Assembly (NCBI GenBank): GCA_023247195.1
Contig: JAHFGY010000005.1
Span: forward strand, 1-44,762
Length of the DNA: 44,762 nt
Direction: 5' to 3'
DNA from: Candidatus Omnitrophota bacterium
Lineage (GTDB): Bacteria > Omnitrophota > Gorgyraeia > Aquiviventales > Aquiviventaceae
Within the stretch, counting starts at the first letter, position 1; each line of letters opens with the position of its first letter. Shown here piece after piece: positions 12,921 through 22,994 of this stretch. The position numbers were made by a program, and so were the translations under genes. Under the pieces are notes generated by a model. That model was not told the origin of the DNA. It worked only from the letters and a program-made list of their open reading frames with translations, and did not search any database.

Positions 12921-13394
12921 ATGAGCGACGAGATTAAGGACGTCGCAGCAGGCGTCAACAAAGAAGCGGAACCGGCCGCGGCTGGCGGCGAAGGGCAAGC
13001 TGCTGCATTAAAGGCGGCGCCCAAGCGACGCGGCAAGAAGCGCTTGCAGTCCACCCAAGGCATTGCGCACATCCTCGCGACGTTCAATAACACGATCGTG
13101 ACCATCACCGACCGCCAAGGCAATACGATTTGCTGGGCCACGTCCGGCGGCAGCGGTTTTCACGGATCGCGCAAGTCGACGCCCTATGCCGCGCAGATCG
13201 CCGCTATGAACGCGGCGCGCAAGGCTTTGGAACTCGGTTTGAAGGAAGTGGAGGTATTCGTCAAGGGGCCCGGCCAGGGACGCGAGTCGGCTATTCGTTC
13301 CTTGCAGCAAGCGGGTCTCAGCATCACGGCAATCAAGGATGTGACGCCGATTCCGCACAACGGTTGCCGGCCTCCGAAACGGAGACGGGTTTAA
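12921..13394 (+). CDS. rpsK: 30S ribosomal protein S11 (N-terminal Ala/Glu/Lys-rich extension)
   Basis: 157 aa. S11 core is [22 protein letters not shown] ... [13 protein letters not shown]. Confidence 0.95.
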   Translation: MSDEIKDVAAGVNKEAEPAAAGGEGQAAALKAAPKRRGKKRLQSTQGIAHILATFNNTIVTITDRQGNTICWATSGGSGFHGSRKSTPYAAQIAAMNAARKALELGLKEVEVFVKGPGQGRESAIRSLQQAGLSITAIKDVTPIPHNGCRPPKRRRV

Positions 13395-14023
13395 TGGGAC
13401 GCTATTTAGGAGCCTCCTGCCGGCTATGCCGCCGGGAAGGCATGAAGCTTTTTCTCAAGGGCGAGAAATGCTTCACCCCGAAGTGCCCGGTGGAGAAGCG
13501 CAGCTTCCCGCCCGGCCAGCACGGCCAGCTTCGGGTGAAGCTATCGGACTACGGTATTCAGCTCCGCGAGAAGCAGAAGGTGAAGCGGATTTACGGCACG
13601 CTTGAGCGCCAGTTCAGGCGTTATTTCACCGTCGCGCTGAAGAAAAAGGGCGTGACCGGACAGATGCTTCTCGAGCAGTTGGAGCGGCGACTCGACAACG
13701 TGCTTTACCGAGTCGGCTTTGCAAAGTCGAGGACCGAGGGTCGGCAGATGGTTCGCCACCGCTCGATCACCGTGAACGGCAGGCGGGTCGATATTCCGTC
13801 TTTCACGGTCAAGGTAGGGGACGTGGTGCAGGTCGCTCCCGGCTCCGAGGCCGTGGCCGCTCGATTCAAGCAATCCCTGGAATCGACCAAGGACCGGCCT
13901 CTGCCGGCTTGGATCGAAGTCAACCAGGAGCAGTTGAAGTGCGTCATCCAGCGCATGCCGCAAAAGGATGACATTGGGCTTCCAATTCAGGAACAGTTGA
14001 TCGTGGAGTTGTACTCCAAGTAA
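13394..14023 (+). CDS. rpsD: 30S ribosomal protein S4
   Basis: The ATG at 13394 overlaps the rpsK TAA and gives [27 protein letters not shown]4 domain motif LERRLDNVLYR is present. Confidence 0.95.
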   Translation: MGRYLGASCRLCRREGMKLFLKGEKCFTPKCPVEKRSFPPGQHGQLRVKLSDYGIQLREKQKVKRIYGTLERQFRRYFTVALKKKGVTGQMLLEQLERRLDNVLYRVGFAKSRTEGRQMVRHRSITVNGRRVDIPSFTVKVGDVVQVAPGSEAVAARFKQSLESTKDRPLPAWIEVNQEQLKCVIQRMPQKDDIGLPIQEQLIVELYSK

Positions 14024-14039
14024 TCTCACGGAGGGGTGG

Positions 14040-15047
14040 ATGGGAACGCTTTGGCGGGATTTTGCTACTCCGAAGAAATTGATTTGTGACGAAGAGACGT
14101 TGACGGACTCGTACGGCAAGTTTATCGCGGAGCCGTTCGAGCGGGGCTATGGAATGACGATCGGCAACGGCTTGCGCCGCGTGCTGATTTCTTCGATCGA
14201 AGGCGCGGCCGTGACATCGATCAAGATCGACGGCGTGCTGCACGAGTTCAGCGCCATTCCGGGCGTGCTGGAAGACATCACGCAGGTGGTCCTGAATGTA
14301 AAGCAATTGGTGCTGCGCTTACACTCGCGCCAGCCCAAGACGTTGCTGATCGAGAAGGATAAGAAGGGCGCCGTGACCGCTGCGGACATCCAAGTCGATG
14401 ACACCGTCGAGGTCGTGAACCCTGACCTCCATATCTGCACCCTGACAAAGGGCGGTCCGTTCAAGATGGAGCTTGAGCTCAGCCGCGGCCGCGGGTATGT
14501 GGCCGCTGAGAAGCACAAGAAGGAAGGCCAGCCGATTGGGATGATCCCGATCGATGCCATGTTCTCGCCCGTCAAGCGCGTAAACTTCAGCGTGGAAGAC
14601 ACGCGTGTCGGCCAGGTGACGGACTACGACCGGCTGACGCTGGAAGTTTGGACGAACGGCTCGTTAAGCCCCAAGGATGCCTTGCTCTATGGTTCGCACA
14701 TTCTGCAAAGGCACCTGGACTTATTCGTCAACTTCGGCACGCTGCCTGAAGAGCCCGAGGATGAGGTTCCGGTCAACGTAAACGAAGAGCTTCAAGAGAA
14801 GCTGAAGACGCCGATCGGTGAGCTTGAGCTGTCAGTTCGGTCTGCAAACTGTCTGCGCGAAGCCAAGATCACGACGATCGGCGAGCTTGTTGGCCGCTCG
14901 CCCGGCGAGCTGCTCAAGTGCCGCAATTTCGGCAAGAAGTCTTTGGCGGAGATCGAGGAGCTTTTGCGCGGCATGGGTCTTGAGCTCGGCGTCGGCGGTC
15001 CAGGCGAAGCTGAAGCATCGTCTGAAACCGGCGAAGCGGTTTTGTGA
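14040..15047 (+). CDS. rpoA: DNA-directed RNA polymerase subunit alpha
   Basis: 335 aa with FIAEPFERGYGMTIGNGLRRVLISSIEG. The C-terminal domain contains LELSVRSANCL. Confidence 0.97.
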   Translation: MGTLWRDFATPKKLICDEETLTDSYGKFIAEPFERGYGMTIGNGLRRVLISSIEGAAVTSIKIDGVLHEFSAIPGVLEDITQVVLNVKQLVLRLHSRQPKTLLIEKDKKGAVTAADIQVDDTVEVVNPDLHICTLTKGGPFKMELELSRGRGYVAAEKHKKEGQPIGMIPIDAMFSPVKRVNFSVEDTRVGQVTDYDRLTLEVWTNGSLSPKDALLYGSHILQRHLDLFVNFGTLPEEPEDEVPVNVNEELQEKLKTPIGELELSVRSANCLREAKITTIGELVGRSPGELLKCRNFGKKSLAEIEELLRGMGLELGVGGPGEAEASSETGEAVL

Positions 15048-15064
15048 TCGGAGCGGAATGAGCC

Positions 15065-15580
15065 ATGCGTCACGCAAAACGTAATCAGCGTCTTTCGCGC
15101 CCCACAGAAGCGCGGGATGCGCTAGTCAACAGCTTGGTCAGAAACCTCGTTATCCACGGCCGCATCACAACCACGCTCGCTCGAGCCAAAGAGGCTTCGC
15201 GCGTCGCGGACCGATTGGTGAGCTGGGGCAAGGATGGAAGCGTGCATGCCCGCCGCCAGGCTTTCCGGATCCTTCAGGACCGGACTCTGGTCAAGCAGCT
15301 GTTCGCCGATGTCGCCCCGCGCTTCACCGACATCCCCGGTGGTTACACGCGCGTCGTGCGGCTGACTATCCGCCGCGGCGACGGCGCGCAGAAGGCGTTG
15401 CTCGCGTTCAGCCGTTTGCCGGCCATTGACGCTCCTGTTCGGCCCAAAACCGAGGCTGAGAAAGAGCCGGAGCCGGTCGCGGTGGGAGCGGGCCAGGAGC
15501 TCGAGGAGTCCAAGAAAGATAAGGGGATTCTCGAGGGCATCCGCGGATTGTTGGGTCGTAAGAAGAAAGGGAATGCCTGA
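15065..15580 (+). CDS. rplQ: 50S ribosomal protein L17 (long charged C-terminal extension)
   Basis: 171 aa. Begins MRHAKRNQRLSRPTEARDALVNSL and contains GGYTRVVRL. Confidence 0.95.
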   Translation: MRHAKRNQRLSRPTEARDALVNSLVRNLVIHGRITTTLARAKEASRVADRLVSWGKDGSVHARRQAFRILQDRTLVKQLFADVAPRFTDIPGGYTRVVRLTIRRGDGAQKALLAFSRLPAIDAPVRPKTEAEKEPEPVAVGAGQELEESKKDKGILEGIRGLLGRKKKGNA

Positions 15581-16769
15581 GCTTGTCATGCCGCTGACCG
15601 TCTCCCGACGGCTGCAGCGGGTGGAAAGCTCACCGACCCTGGCCTTGGCGGCAAAAGCCAAGGCGCTTGCCAAGGCAGGCAAAGCGGTTGTCGACTTCAC
15701 GGCCGGTGAACCCGACTTTCCAACCCCTTCCGCAGCCAAACAAGCCGGAATCCGGGCGATCGAGTCGAATAAGACTCGGTATACCGCTGTCGAAGGGATT
15801 CCCGAGCTGCGCCAGGCCATTGCCGATCGCACGAATCGGCAATGCGGCACGAAGTTCGAAGCGGCCAATGTGCTGGTGAGCTGCGGCGCCAAGCATTCGC
15901 TCTACAACGTCTTTCAGGCGTTGTGCGAGCCGGGTGACGAAGTCCTCATCATCAGCCCTTATTGGGTCAGCTATCCCCCCATGGCCTGGCTGGCCGGCGC
16001 AACGCCCGTCATCGTCGAATCCACCGAGCAAGACGGTTTCCAGCCGGACGTCGATGCCCTGCGCTCGCGCATCACCTCGCGCACGCGCGGTATTGTTCTG
16101 AACAGCCCCAGCAACCCCACGGGCGCGGTCATCAGCGCCGAGCGTCTGCGAGCCATTGCCAAACTCGCCTCCGAGCGCGGCCTTTTTGTCATCAGCGACG
16201 AGATCTATGCGGACCTGGTTTATGCGCCGGCGCAAGCGACATCGATCCTCCAAGTTCAGCCGGATAGCGTTGATCGAACGATTCTCGTAAACGGCGTTTC
16301 AAAGAGCTACAGCATGACCGGCTGGCGAATCGGGTACGCTGTGGGCCCGAAAGAGGCGATCGAAGCCATGGCGCGCGTGCAGAGCCATTCCACTTCCAAC
16401 CCCACGACCATCAGCCAATACGCCGCGTTAGAGGCATTGACCGGCTCCCAAGAGCCGGTGGCTGAAATGCGCCGCCACTTTCAGCGCAGGCGCGACTTGA
16501 TCGTGACCGGGCTCAATCACCTCGATCCGCTGAGGTGCTTTAAAGCGGACGGCGCTTTCTATGCTTGGTGCGATGTCCGCGGTACCGGCCTCGGATCCGA
16601 GGTTGTGGCCGCACGCTGGCTGGATGAATCGCTCATAGCCACCGTGCCTGGCGACGGTTTTGGCGCGCCGGGTTGGATCCGCCTCAGTTTTGCCACATCG
16701 GATGAAACGATTCAGGAAGGCTTGAGCCGCATCCAGCGCTGGCTGGGCGGCCTAAAGGCAGGGAAGTGA
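15573..16769 (+). CDS. Class I PLP-dependent aminotransferase, aspartate-aminotransferase-like
   Basis: The ATG at 15573 overlaps the rplQ stop (alternative start at 15588). Contains [13 protein letters not shown] and [17 protein letters not shown] (PLP lysine context). Confidence 0.88.
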   Translation: MPELVMPLTVSRRLQRVESSPTLALAAKAKALAKAGKAVVDFTAGEPDFPTPSAAKQAGIRAIESNKTRYTAVEGIPELRQAIADRTNRQCGTKFEAANVLVSCGAKHSLYNVFQALCEPGDEVLIISPYWVSYPPMAWLAGATPVIVESTEQDGFQPDVDALRSRITSRTRGIVLNSPSNPTGAVISAERLRAIAKLASERGLFVISDEIYADLVYAPAQATSILQVQPDSVDRTILVNGVSKSYSMTGWRIGYAVGPKEAIEAMARVQSHSTSNPTTISQYAALEALTGSQEPVAEMRRHFQRRRDLIVTGLNHLDPLRCFKADGAFYAWCDVRGTGLGSEVVAARWLDESLIATVPGDGFGAPGWIRLSFATSDETIQEGLSRIQRWLGGLKAGK

Positions 16770-16770
16770 A

Positions 16771-17874
16771 ATGACGCATCGAGTGACGTTAATCCCTGGA
16801 GACGGGATCGGCCCCGAAGTCGCTTTTGCCGCTCAACGGTGCATCGAGGCGACCGGGGTCAAGATCAAGTGGGACGAGCAGCCGGCGGGCGAATCGGCGA
16901 TCGAAAAATACGGCACCCCGCTGCCGGAAAGCACGCTGCAGTCGGTCCGTGACAACGGCGTTGCCATCAAAGGACCGGTGACAACGCCTATCGGAACCGG
17001 TTTCCGTTCCGTGAACGTGGCGTTGCGCAAACAGCTGAACCTGTTTGCCTGCGTCCGGCCATGCCGTTCATTTGAAGGCGTTAAGAGTCCTTTTGAAAAT
17101 GTAGACCTGGTCATCGTCCGCGAGAACACGGAAGATCTGTATGCGGGAATCGAATTCGCCGCCGGCGAGCCGAACACCGTGCAGTTGATCAAGCAGCTGC
17201 AAGAATGGTCAAAGCAGTCGATCCAGCCGGACTCCGGCATCAGCATCAAGCCCATTTCCACGACGGGCGTGGAGCGCATCGCCAAGTACGCTTTCGAGTA
17301 CGCGCTCGCGCACGGCCGCAAGAAAGTGACCGCGATCCACAAAGCCAATATCATGAAATTCACCGACGGGCTCTTTATGTCGGTTTCTCGCCGGGTGGCT
17401 CAGTCCTACGCGGGCCGCGTTGAGTTCGAAGACCGTCTGGTTGACGCGACCTGCATGCAGCTTGTGCTCCGTCCTCAAGATTTTGACATCTTGGTTCTGC
17501 CGAATCTTTACGGTGATATTCTTTCGGATTTGTGTGCGGGTTTGATCGGAGGGTTAGGCATCGCTCCCGGGGCCAACATCGGGGAAAAAGCGGCCTTGTT
17601 CGAGGCCGTGCACGGGAGCGCTCCAAAGTACAAAGGATTGAACAAGGTTAATCCGACCGCAATGATCCTCTCCGGCGTATTGATGCTGGAGCATCTGGGC
17701 GAAGAGGAAGCCGCCGGCAGGCTGCGAGCAGCTGTTGAAGCGGTGCTGAAGGAAGGCCGGTCCGTGACGTATGATCTGAAAACGGACCGGAACGACCCCA
17801 CAGCCGTCGGTACAAAAGAAATGACCGACGCCATCATCGCCAAGATGAAAACGCACTCCGTGGCGGTCGGCTGA
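16771..17874 (+). CDS. Isocitrate/isopropylmalate dehydrogenase family enzyme (NAD-isocitrate-dehydrogenase-like)
   Basis: 367 aa with [30 protein letters not shown] and [10 protein letters not shown] motifs. Substrate cannot be resolved by eye. Confidence 0.88.
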   Translation: MTHRVTLIPGDGIGPEVAFAAQRCIEATGVKIKWDEQPAGESAIEKYGTPLPESTLQSVRDNGVAIKGPVTTPIGTGFRSVNVALRKQLNLFACVRPCRSFEGVKSPFENVDLVIVRENTEDLYAGIEFAAGEPNTVQLIKQLQEWSKQSIQPDSGISIKPISTTGVERIAKYAFEYALAHGRKKVTAIHKANIMKFTDGLFMSVSRRVAQSYAGRVEFEDRLVDATCMQLVLRPQDFDILVLPNLYGDILSDLCAGLIGGLGIAPGANIGEKAALFEAVHGSAPKYKGLNKVNPTAMILSGVLMLEHLGEEEAAGRLRAAVEAVLKEGRSVTYDLKTDRNDPTAVGTKEMTDAIIAKMKTHSVAVG

Positions 17875-17935
17875 CCTTTCGGTGGCGCGGCTCGGTTGTT
17901 CGAGCCGGCGCCCTCGCGAAACGAGCCCCTATTCC

Positions 17936-18817
17936 ATGCGACATTACCCAGAATGGTTGCGGAAGCGTTTTTCGCCTGACGGCGTTGCCGGCTCCGTCGA
18001 TGATCTGATCGCCGACCTGCAGCTGGCCACGGTTTGCCAAAGCGCTGTGTGCCCCAATCTGCGCGAGTGCTGGAGCCAGCGGCAATTGACGTTCATGATC
18101 CTAGGCGAAACATGCACGCGTTCGTGCCGTTTCTGCGCGGTGCCGCATGGGAAGTCGGAAGCGCCGGCCGCTGACGAGCCCTGGCGAGTAGCGGAAGCGG
18201 TCGGGCGGCTCGGTCTTAGGCACGTGGTGATTACATCCGTTGCCCGCGACGATCTCGCGGATGAAGGGGCCGGGCATTTTGTCCGGGTGCTTCAGGCCGT
18301 TCGCGAGAAATGCCCTGCGACAACGCAAGAGGTCCTTGTGCCTGATTTCCACGGCCGCGTGCGGCTCGTGCGCGCGCTGATGGACGAGGCAAGGCCTGAA
18401 GTATTCTCGCATAACATGGAAACCGTGCGGCGACTGAGCCCGCTTTTGCGGCCGCAAGCCGATTATGACCGCTCGCTTCAGGTCTTGGGCACGGCGGCAA
18501 CGTTTGCCGCGGGCAGTTTTGTGAAGTCCGGGCTCATGGTGGGGCTCGGAGAGACGATCAAAGAGATGGACTCTGTTTTTGAGGATCTTTTGGAAAGCGG
18601 GGTAACGCATCTCACCATCGGGCAGTACTTGCGCCCCGACGCAGAGCATCTCCCTGTAATGGAATATGTGAGTCCGCAGCGATTTGCGGAATATCGCGAA
18701 AGGGCGCTTGAGCTTGGCTTCAAGTGGGTACAATCCGGGCCCTTCGTGCGGAGTTCGTACCATGCCGTGGACGCCGTATCCGGCGCCGCGGAAGAGATAA
18801 TGGCGGGGAATCCATGA
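17936..18817 (+). CDS. lipA: Lipoyl synthase
   Basis: ATG at 17936 (the ORF-track GTG at 17882 is possible). Has the auxiliary cluster motif CQSAVCPNLRECW and the radical-SAM motif CTRSCRFC. Confidence 0.93.
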   Translation: MRHYPEWLRKRFSPDGVAGSVDDLIADLQLATVCQSAVCPNLRECWSQRQLTFMILGETCTRSCRFCAVPHGKSEAPAADEPWRVAEAVGRLGLRHVVITSVARDDLADEGAGHFVRVLQAVREKCPATTQEVLVPDFHGRVRLVRALMDEARPEVFSHNMETVRRLSPLLRPQADYDRSLQVLGTAATFAAGSFVKSGLMVGLGETIKEMDSVFEDLLESGVTHLTIGQYLRPDAEHLPVMEYVSPQRFAEYRERALELGFKWVQSGPFVRSSYHAVDAVSGAAEEIMAGNP

Positions 18818-20103
18818 CACGCGTTTCTGATTTTACAAAGCACCCGTCGGTGCTGAAAGTGAAGCAACGGCTCAAGGAGCAAACACAGGGCGAATCCAAT
18901 CGTACCCAGCGCAGCCTTTTCGCGCCGGCCCAGCGGCTGCAGCAGATCCCGCCGTATCTTTTCACCATCCTGGATCAGCTCAAGGCGCAGGCCAAGTCGC
19001 AGGGCACGGACGTCATCGACCTGGGAATGGGGAACCCTGATCTGCCGCCGCCGGCGCACGTGCTGGAGAAGATGAAAGAGCGGGTCATGGACGCGGAGAA
19101 TCACGGGTATTCCCGTCCGAACGGCGAGGCGGAGCGCAAGGTTCGCGAGGCCATCGCGACTTGGTACAAACGCAAATTCAACGTCACGCTGGACGCAACG
19201 TCTGAAGTGCTTCCGCTGATCGGTTCCAAAGAAGGGATCTCGCACCTCTCGCTGGCTTTCTTGGATCACGATGATGTTGCTCTGGTGCCGAACCCCACTT
19301 ATCCGCCGCATTTCAACGGCATCACGCTGGCGGGAGGAACCCTTCACAATATCCCGATCGATGAGGCGGGCGGCTACTTGCCGGATTTAAAGAGCCTTAA
19401 GCCCGCGGTTGTTAAGAAAGCGAAGATGCTGTTCATCAGCTACCCGCATAACCCCACGACGGCGGTTGCCAGCCGCGCTTTTTTCAAGGACGTGGTGGAA
19501 TGGGCCCGCAAACACAGCGTCATGGTCGTGCATGACTTTGCTTACTCGGATTTCATCTACGAGGGCGAGCGCGCTCCCAGCATTCTAGAAATTCCGGGCG
19601 CGAGCGAGGTGGCGGTTGAATTCCACACGCTGTCCAAATCGTACTGCCTTCCGGGCATGCGGTTTGGTTTTACCGTGGGCAATCGAGATGTCCTTGCCTC
19701 GCTTTCAAAGATTAAGAACTATATCGATTTCGGGATTTTCCGCGTGGTGCAGTGGGCCGCGGTCGACGCGTTGCTGGGGCCCCAGGATTTTGTCACGCAG
19801 ACGATCTCCACGTATGGGCGACGCCGGGATCTTTTTGTGCCATTGCTGAATAAAGCCGGATGGCCGATCCCGATGCCAAAGGGAACTTTTTATGTCTGGG
19901 CCAGAATCCCGAAGGCCTTTTCCGGGCTGACCTCGCTGGAATTCGCCACGCTCCTCATGCAGGAGGCGGGCGTGGTAGCGGCGCCGGGCAGCGGTTTTGG
20001 AGAGTACGGAGAAGGTTTCTTGCGCTTTGCTCTCGTCGAGCCGGATGCAAGGCTCCATGACGCGGCAAAACGCATTGAACGGGTACTCGCTCTGGCCGGC
20101 TGA
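18814..20103 (+). CDS. Class I/II PLP aminotransferase (LL-diaminopimelate-aminotransferase-like)
   Basis: The ATG at 18814 overlaps the lipA TGA. Contains IPPYLFTILDQLKAQAKSQGTDVIDLGMGNPDLPPP and HTLSKSYCLPGMRFG. Confidence 0.85.
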   Translation: MTRVSDFTKHPSVLKVKQRLKEQTQGESNRTQRSLFAPAQRLQQIPPYLFTILDQLKAQAKSQGTDVIDLGMGNPDLPPPAHVLEKMKERVMDAENHGYSRPNGEAERKVREAIATWYKRKFNVTLDATSEVLPLIGSKEGISHLSLAFLDHDDVALVPNPTYPPHFNGITLAGGTLHNIPIDEAGGYLPDLKSLKPAVVKKAKMLFISYPHNPTTAVASRAFFKDVVEWARKHSVMVVHDFAYSDFIYEGERAPSILEIPGASEVAVEFHTLSKSYCLPGMRFGFTVGNRDVLASLSKIKNYIDFGIFRVVQWAAVDALLGPQDFVTQTISTYGRRRDLFVPLLNKAGWPIPMPKGTFYVWARIPKAFSGLTSLEFATLLMQEAGVVAAPGSGFGEYGEGFLRFALVEPDARLHDAAKRIERVLALAG

Positions 20104-20130
20104 CGGGCCTTGAGCCCGGGGACGGAACGC

Positions 20131-21312
20131 ATGAGCAATCGCCGCTTCCTCCTCCTGCACATTACAACCAGTTCCGGGCATCACCGGGCTAGCTGCGCGA
20201 TCCAGCGCAGCCTGCTCGCCGCAGATCCGTCGGTTGTGTGCCGCAGCGTGGATGCTTTTCAGTACGCCAGCCCCGTGGTTCGCTACGCCATCCGCTATTT
20301 GTACTACTCCCTCATTCAGCATCAGCCGGATGTTTGGGAATACCTGTACGACAACCCGTCGGTCCATCGGCGTGTGCAGCACCTGCGGGCTTTGCTGCAC
20401 CGCTACCACGCGGCCAAGTTCCGGAAGCTCGTGGAAGATTTCAAGCCGGATGCGATCGTTTGCACCCAAGCGTACCCCTGCGGCATGGTGGCGGATTTCA
20501 AGCGCCAGAATCACCTTAGTGTTCCTTTGATCGGCGTGCTGACCGACCACGCGCCGCATCTGTACTGGTTCCATGAAACCGTGGATACCTACGTCGTCCC
20601 CTCGGACGAAGTAAGAGAACGCTTTATCCAGCGAGGGGTTGCGCCGGAGAAGCTCCGAGTCATGGGAATTCCTATTGACCGGGACTTTAGGGAGCGGACC
20701 GATCCGGCCGTGACGGCTCGCCGGCTCGGCCTGAACCCCGATCATCCCACTCTCTTGATCATGGGAGGCGGAGGCGGCTTCGGAAGAATGGCTGAGATCG
20801 TGCTCAGCCTGGACCACCTGCCGTTTCCGTGCCAGATGATCGTGGTCGCCGGGACGAACCACGGGCTGTTGCGGTGGGTTCGGCGGCAGCATTTCCGCCA
20901 AAAAGTCGTGGGCCTGGGCTTTGTAAAGGAAATCCCGGCGCTTATGGATGCCGCCACGCTGATCATCAGCAAACCGGGCGGTTTGACGACGGCTGAGTCG
21001 CTGGCGAAACGGCTGCCGATGGTGATCGTGAATCCGATTCCGGGGCAAGAAGCGTACAACGCGCGCTACCTTTTATCTCAGGGAGCTGCGGTGCAGGCAG
21101 GCTCGCCCTCCGTTGTTCGCCAAACGGTTCGCGATTTGCTTGAAGACCCGGGACGCATTGCCTCGATGCGGCAGCGGGCGGCCGAGATTGCGCGGCCGGA
21201 TGCCGCCGACGCTGTGGCGGCCATGTTGCGCCGCGCGTCCGCGGATCAGGTAGAGTTGACAGCGGGATTATCATTGGTGGGACGGGCAAGCTCTGGCGTT
21301 CCAGCTGTTTGA
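20131..21312 (+). CDS. GT28-family glycosyltransferase (MGDG-synthase / diacylglycerol glycosyltransferase-like)
   Basis: ATG at 20131 (the ORF-track start at 20110 is TTG). The N-terminus LLLHITTSSGHHRAS and ISKPGGLTTAESLAKRLPMV are typical of the MGDG synthase / UgtP family. Confidence 0.8.
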   Translation: MSNRRFLLLHITTSSGHHRASCAIQRSLLAADPSVVCRSVDAFQYASPVVRYAIRYLYYSLIQHQPDVWEYLYDNPSVHRRVQHLRALLHRYHAAKFRKLVEDFKPDAIVCTQAYPCGMVADFKRQNHLSVPLIGVLTDHAPHLYWFHETVDTYVVPSDEVRERFIQRGVAPEKLRVMGIPIDRDFRERTDPAVTARRLGLNPDHPTLLIMGGGGGFGRMAEIVLSLDHLPFPCQMIVVAGTNHGLLRWVRRQHFRQKVVGLGFVKEIPALMDAATLIISKPGGLTTAESLAKRLPMVIVNPIPGQEAYNARYLLSQGAAVQAGSPSVVRQTVRDLLEDPGRIASMRQRAAEIARPDAADAVAAMLRRASADQVELTAGLSLVGRASSGVPAV

Positions 21313-21364
21313 CGCCTCGCTGGAAATCGTTGCCGGCCTAAGCGACCGGCTTCCGCGGCCTGTC

Positions 21365-22153
21365 GTGAGCGCGGCAGTTGAATCGATTTTGTCCGCGGGG
21401 CCGGCAATGGCTCCGGAAACAGCCGCGACTGTGCGTGCGCACTTGGCTTGCCTCAGCGGAAAGCCTGTTGCCGAGCGCGACGTTCGAGCGGTTTTTCGAT
21501 CTTTCGGCCGATACTTGGTGGAATTTTTCAGCATGCACCGCGGCCCGTTGCCGGGCGCCAATCTCGACGACACCGGCAGCTTAAAGGCGCTTCTGGCGGC
21601 GAAGCAGGGGTTTATCCTGCTAACCGCGCATCTGGGGAATTGGGAATTAGGGGCGGCCTGGGCGCGGCAGATGGGAGCTCGGTTGGCGGTTATCGCCATG
21701 CCGCATGCCAGCGCGCGAACCGACAGGCTCTTCAGCCGGCAGCGCGAGCGCTGCGGCATAACGGTTTTGCCTTACCGGTTAAGCGGCGCGCGGAAGGCGC
21801 TGCGTTGGCTCCGTGAGGGCGGCGTGGTGGGCGTCTTGGGGGATTTGCCCTTTGATTCTCAGCGCATCCAAGGTACGCTCGGCGGTCTGCAAGCGGAACT
21901 GCCGACCGGTCCTGCCTGGCTGAGCAGGCAGGCGGGCGTTCCATTGGTGCCAAGCTTTTTGATACGGCAAGCGGATGAACGCTTTCACTTCTTCGTGGAA
22001 TCGCCGATTGAACCGATGCCGGAAAGGGATGAGCGATCAGACATCGAACGAATGGTCCGATTGGGCGCTCTAGCAATGGAGAAATACATGCGGAAGTACC
22101 CAACCCAGTGGCTCGTATTTCGCCAGCTGGCAACAAGCGTGGAAATGGGATGA
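21365..22153 (+). CDS. LpxL/HtrB-family lysophospholipid / lipid A acyltransferase
   Basis: 262 aa from a GTG start, with LLTAHLGNWELG (HxxxxD/E-type acyltransferase motif). The N-terminus looks short for the family (see finding). Confidence 0.75.
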   Translation: MSAAVESILSAGPAMAPETAATVRAHLACLSGKPVAERDVRAVFRSFGRYLVEFFSMHRGPLPGANLDDTGSLKALLAAKQGFILLTAHLGNWELGAAWARQMGARLAVIAMPHASARTDRLFSRQRERCGITVLPYRLSGARKALRWLREGGVVGVLGDLPFDSQRIQGTLGGLQAELPTGPAWLSRQAGVPLVPSFLIRQADERFHFFVESPIEPMPERDERSDIERMVRLGALAMEKYMRKYPTQWLVFRQLATSVEMG

Positions 22154-22857
22154 GCAAAGAAGAAACCGCGTCGAAGTTTCAATCACGTTACTGCGTGGTG
22201 GTGCCGGCCTTCGAGGCCGCGGCTACCATCGGAGATTTGGTAAAGCGGATACGTCAGCAGGGGTTGACCGTTCTGGTGGTGGACGACGGTTCCAAAGACC
22301 GGACCGCATCCATCGCCTCCGAGCAAGGCGCCCTGGTCCTGAGCCATTTGAAGAACCGCGGCAAAGGAAATGCTCTGCGCACGGCCTTCAATTACGCGTT
22401 GCGCGCTCAATTTGACGGCGTGATCACCATGGACAGCGACGGGCAGCACCTTCCGGAGGAAATCCCCAAGTTGATCCAGTCCGGGGAGCGCCAGCACGCC
22501 GCGATCGTGCTCGGCAACCGGATGGACCAGGCTCAAGCCATGCCGTCGCTTAGGCGGCAGACCAATCAGCTGATGTCCGCGCTGATTTCCCGGGTGATCC
22601 GGCAGAAAGTGCCGGATTCCCAATGCGGATTCCGTATTATTCGCAAGGAAGTGCTAGCCGCTCTCACGTTGCGAGCCGAGCGGTTCGAGATCGAATCCGA
22701 GGTGGTCTTGGCGGCCGCCAAACAAAAGTGGAAGATCATCTCGGTTCCCGTGACAACTGTCTACCGTCCGGATGAGCGCAGCCATATCCGGCCGCTGCGG
22801 GACACCGCCCGTTTTATGGGTATTTTGTTCAAGCATACCTTCCAGTCTGCGGGTTGA
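22150..22857 (+). CDS. Family 2 glycosyltransferase
   Basis: The ATG at 22150 overlaps the previous TGA. Contains VVVPAFEAAATIGDLV, LVVDDGSKDRT and MDSDGQH (DxD-type) motifs. Confidence 0.85.
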   Translation: MSKEETASKFQSRYCVVVPAFEAAATIGDLVKRIRQQGLTVLVVDDGSKDRTASIASEQGALVLSHLKNRGKGNALRTAFNYALRAQFDGVITMDSDGQHLPEEIPKLIQSGERQHAAIVLGNRMDQAQAMPSLRRQTNQLMSALISRVIRQKVPDSQCGFRIIRKEVLAALTLRAERFEIESEVVLAAAKQKWKIISVPVTTVYRPDERSHIRPLRDTARFMGILFKHTFQSAG

Positions 22858-22883
22858 CGCTGCAGCGACGCCTCAGGTAGGCT
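22854..22883 (+). promoter_or_regulatory. Candidate sigma70-type promoter for riboswitch 1 (TTGACG-N18-TAGGCT)
   Basis: Hexamers read by eye. The -10 is weak. The predicted start lies just upstream of the aptamer. Confidence 0.25.
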
Positions 22884-22894
22884 TTATATGCTCC

Positions 22895-22994
22895 ATGGAA
22901 AGGGCAAACTCACGGTGACGTGAGGGCGCAAAGCTTCTGGATCCCGATGGAAGCCCTTCGCTGAGCGAAGGGGTCGGGATGGCCGGGCTGCCGA
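22895..22994 (+). promoter_or_regulatory. c-di-GMP-I (GEMM-I) riboswitch aptamer, copy 1
   Basis: Reads AGGGCAAAC, then hairpin CUCACG-GUGA-CGUGAG (GNRA loop), then GGCGCAAAGC, a second helix, and GGGCUGCCGA. It matches the conserved blocks of the Vibrio Vc2 aptamer as I recall them, and matches copy 2 at 30282. Confidence 0.8.

Noticed and set aside
15122-15892. 256-aa minus-strand ORF, together with the similar ORFs 18101-18820, 18478-19347, 29664-30209 and 42965-43564
   Set aside because: All are antisense to, or overlap, well-supported plus-strand genes (rplQ/aminotransferase, lipA, pilC, dienelactone hydrolase). None has recognisable domains.
19705-21048. 447-aa minus-strand ORF
   Set aside because: It is antisense to the aminotransferase and GT28 genes, which have clear family motifs. 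Its composition is Arg/His/Pro-rich and motif-free.
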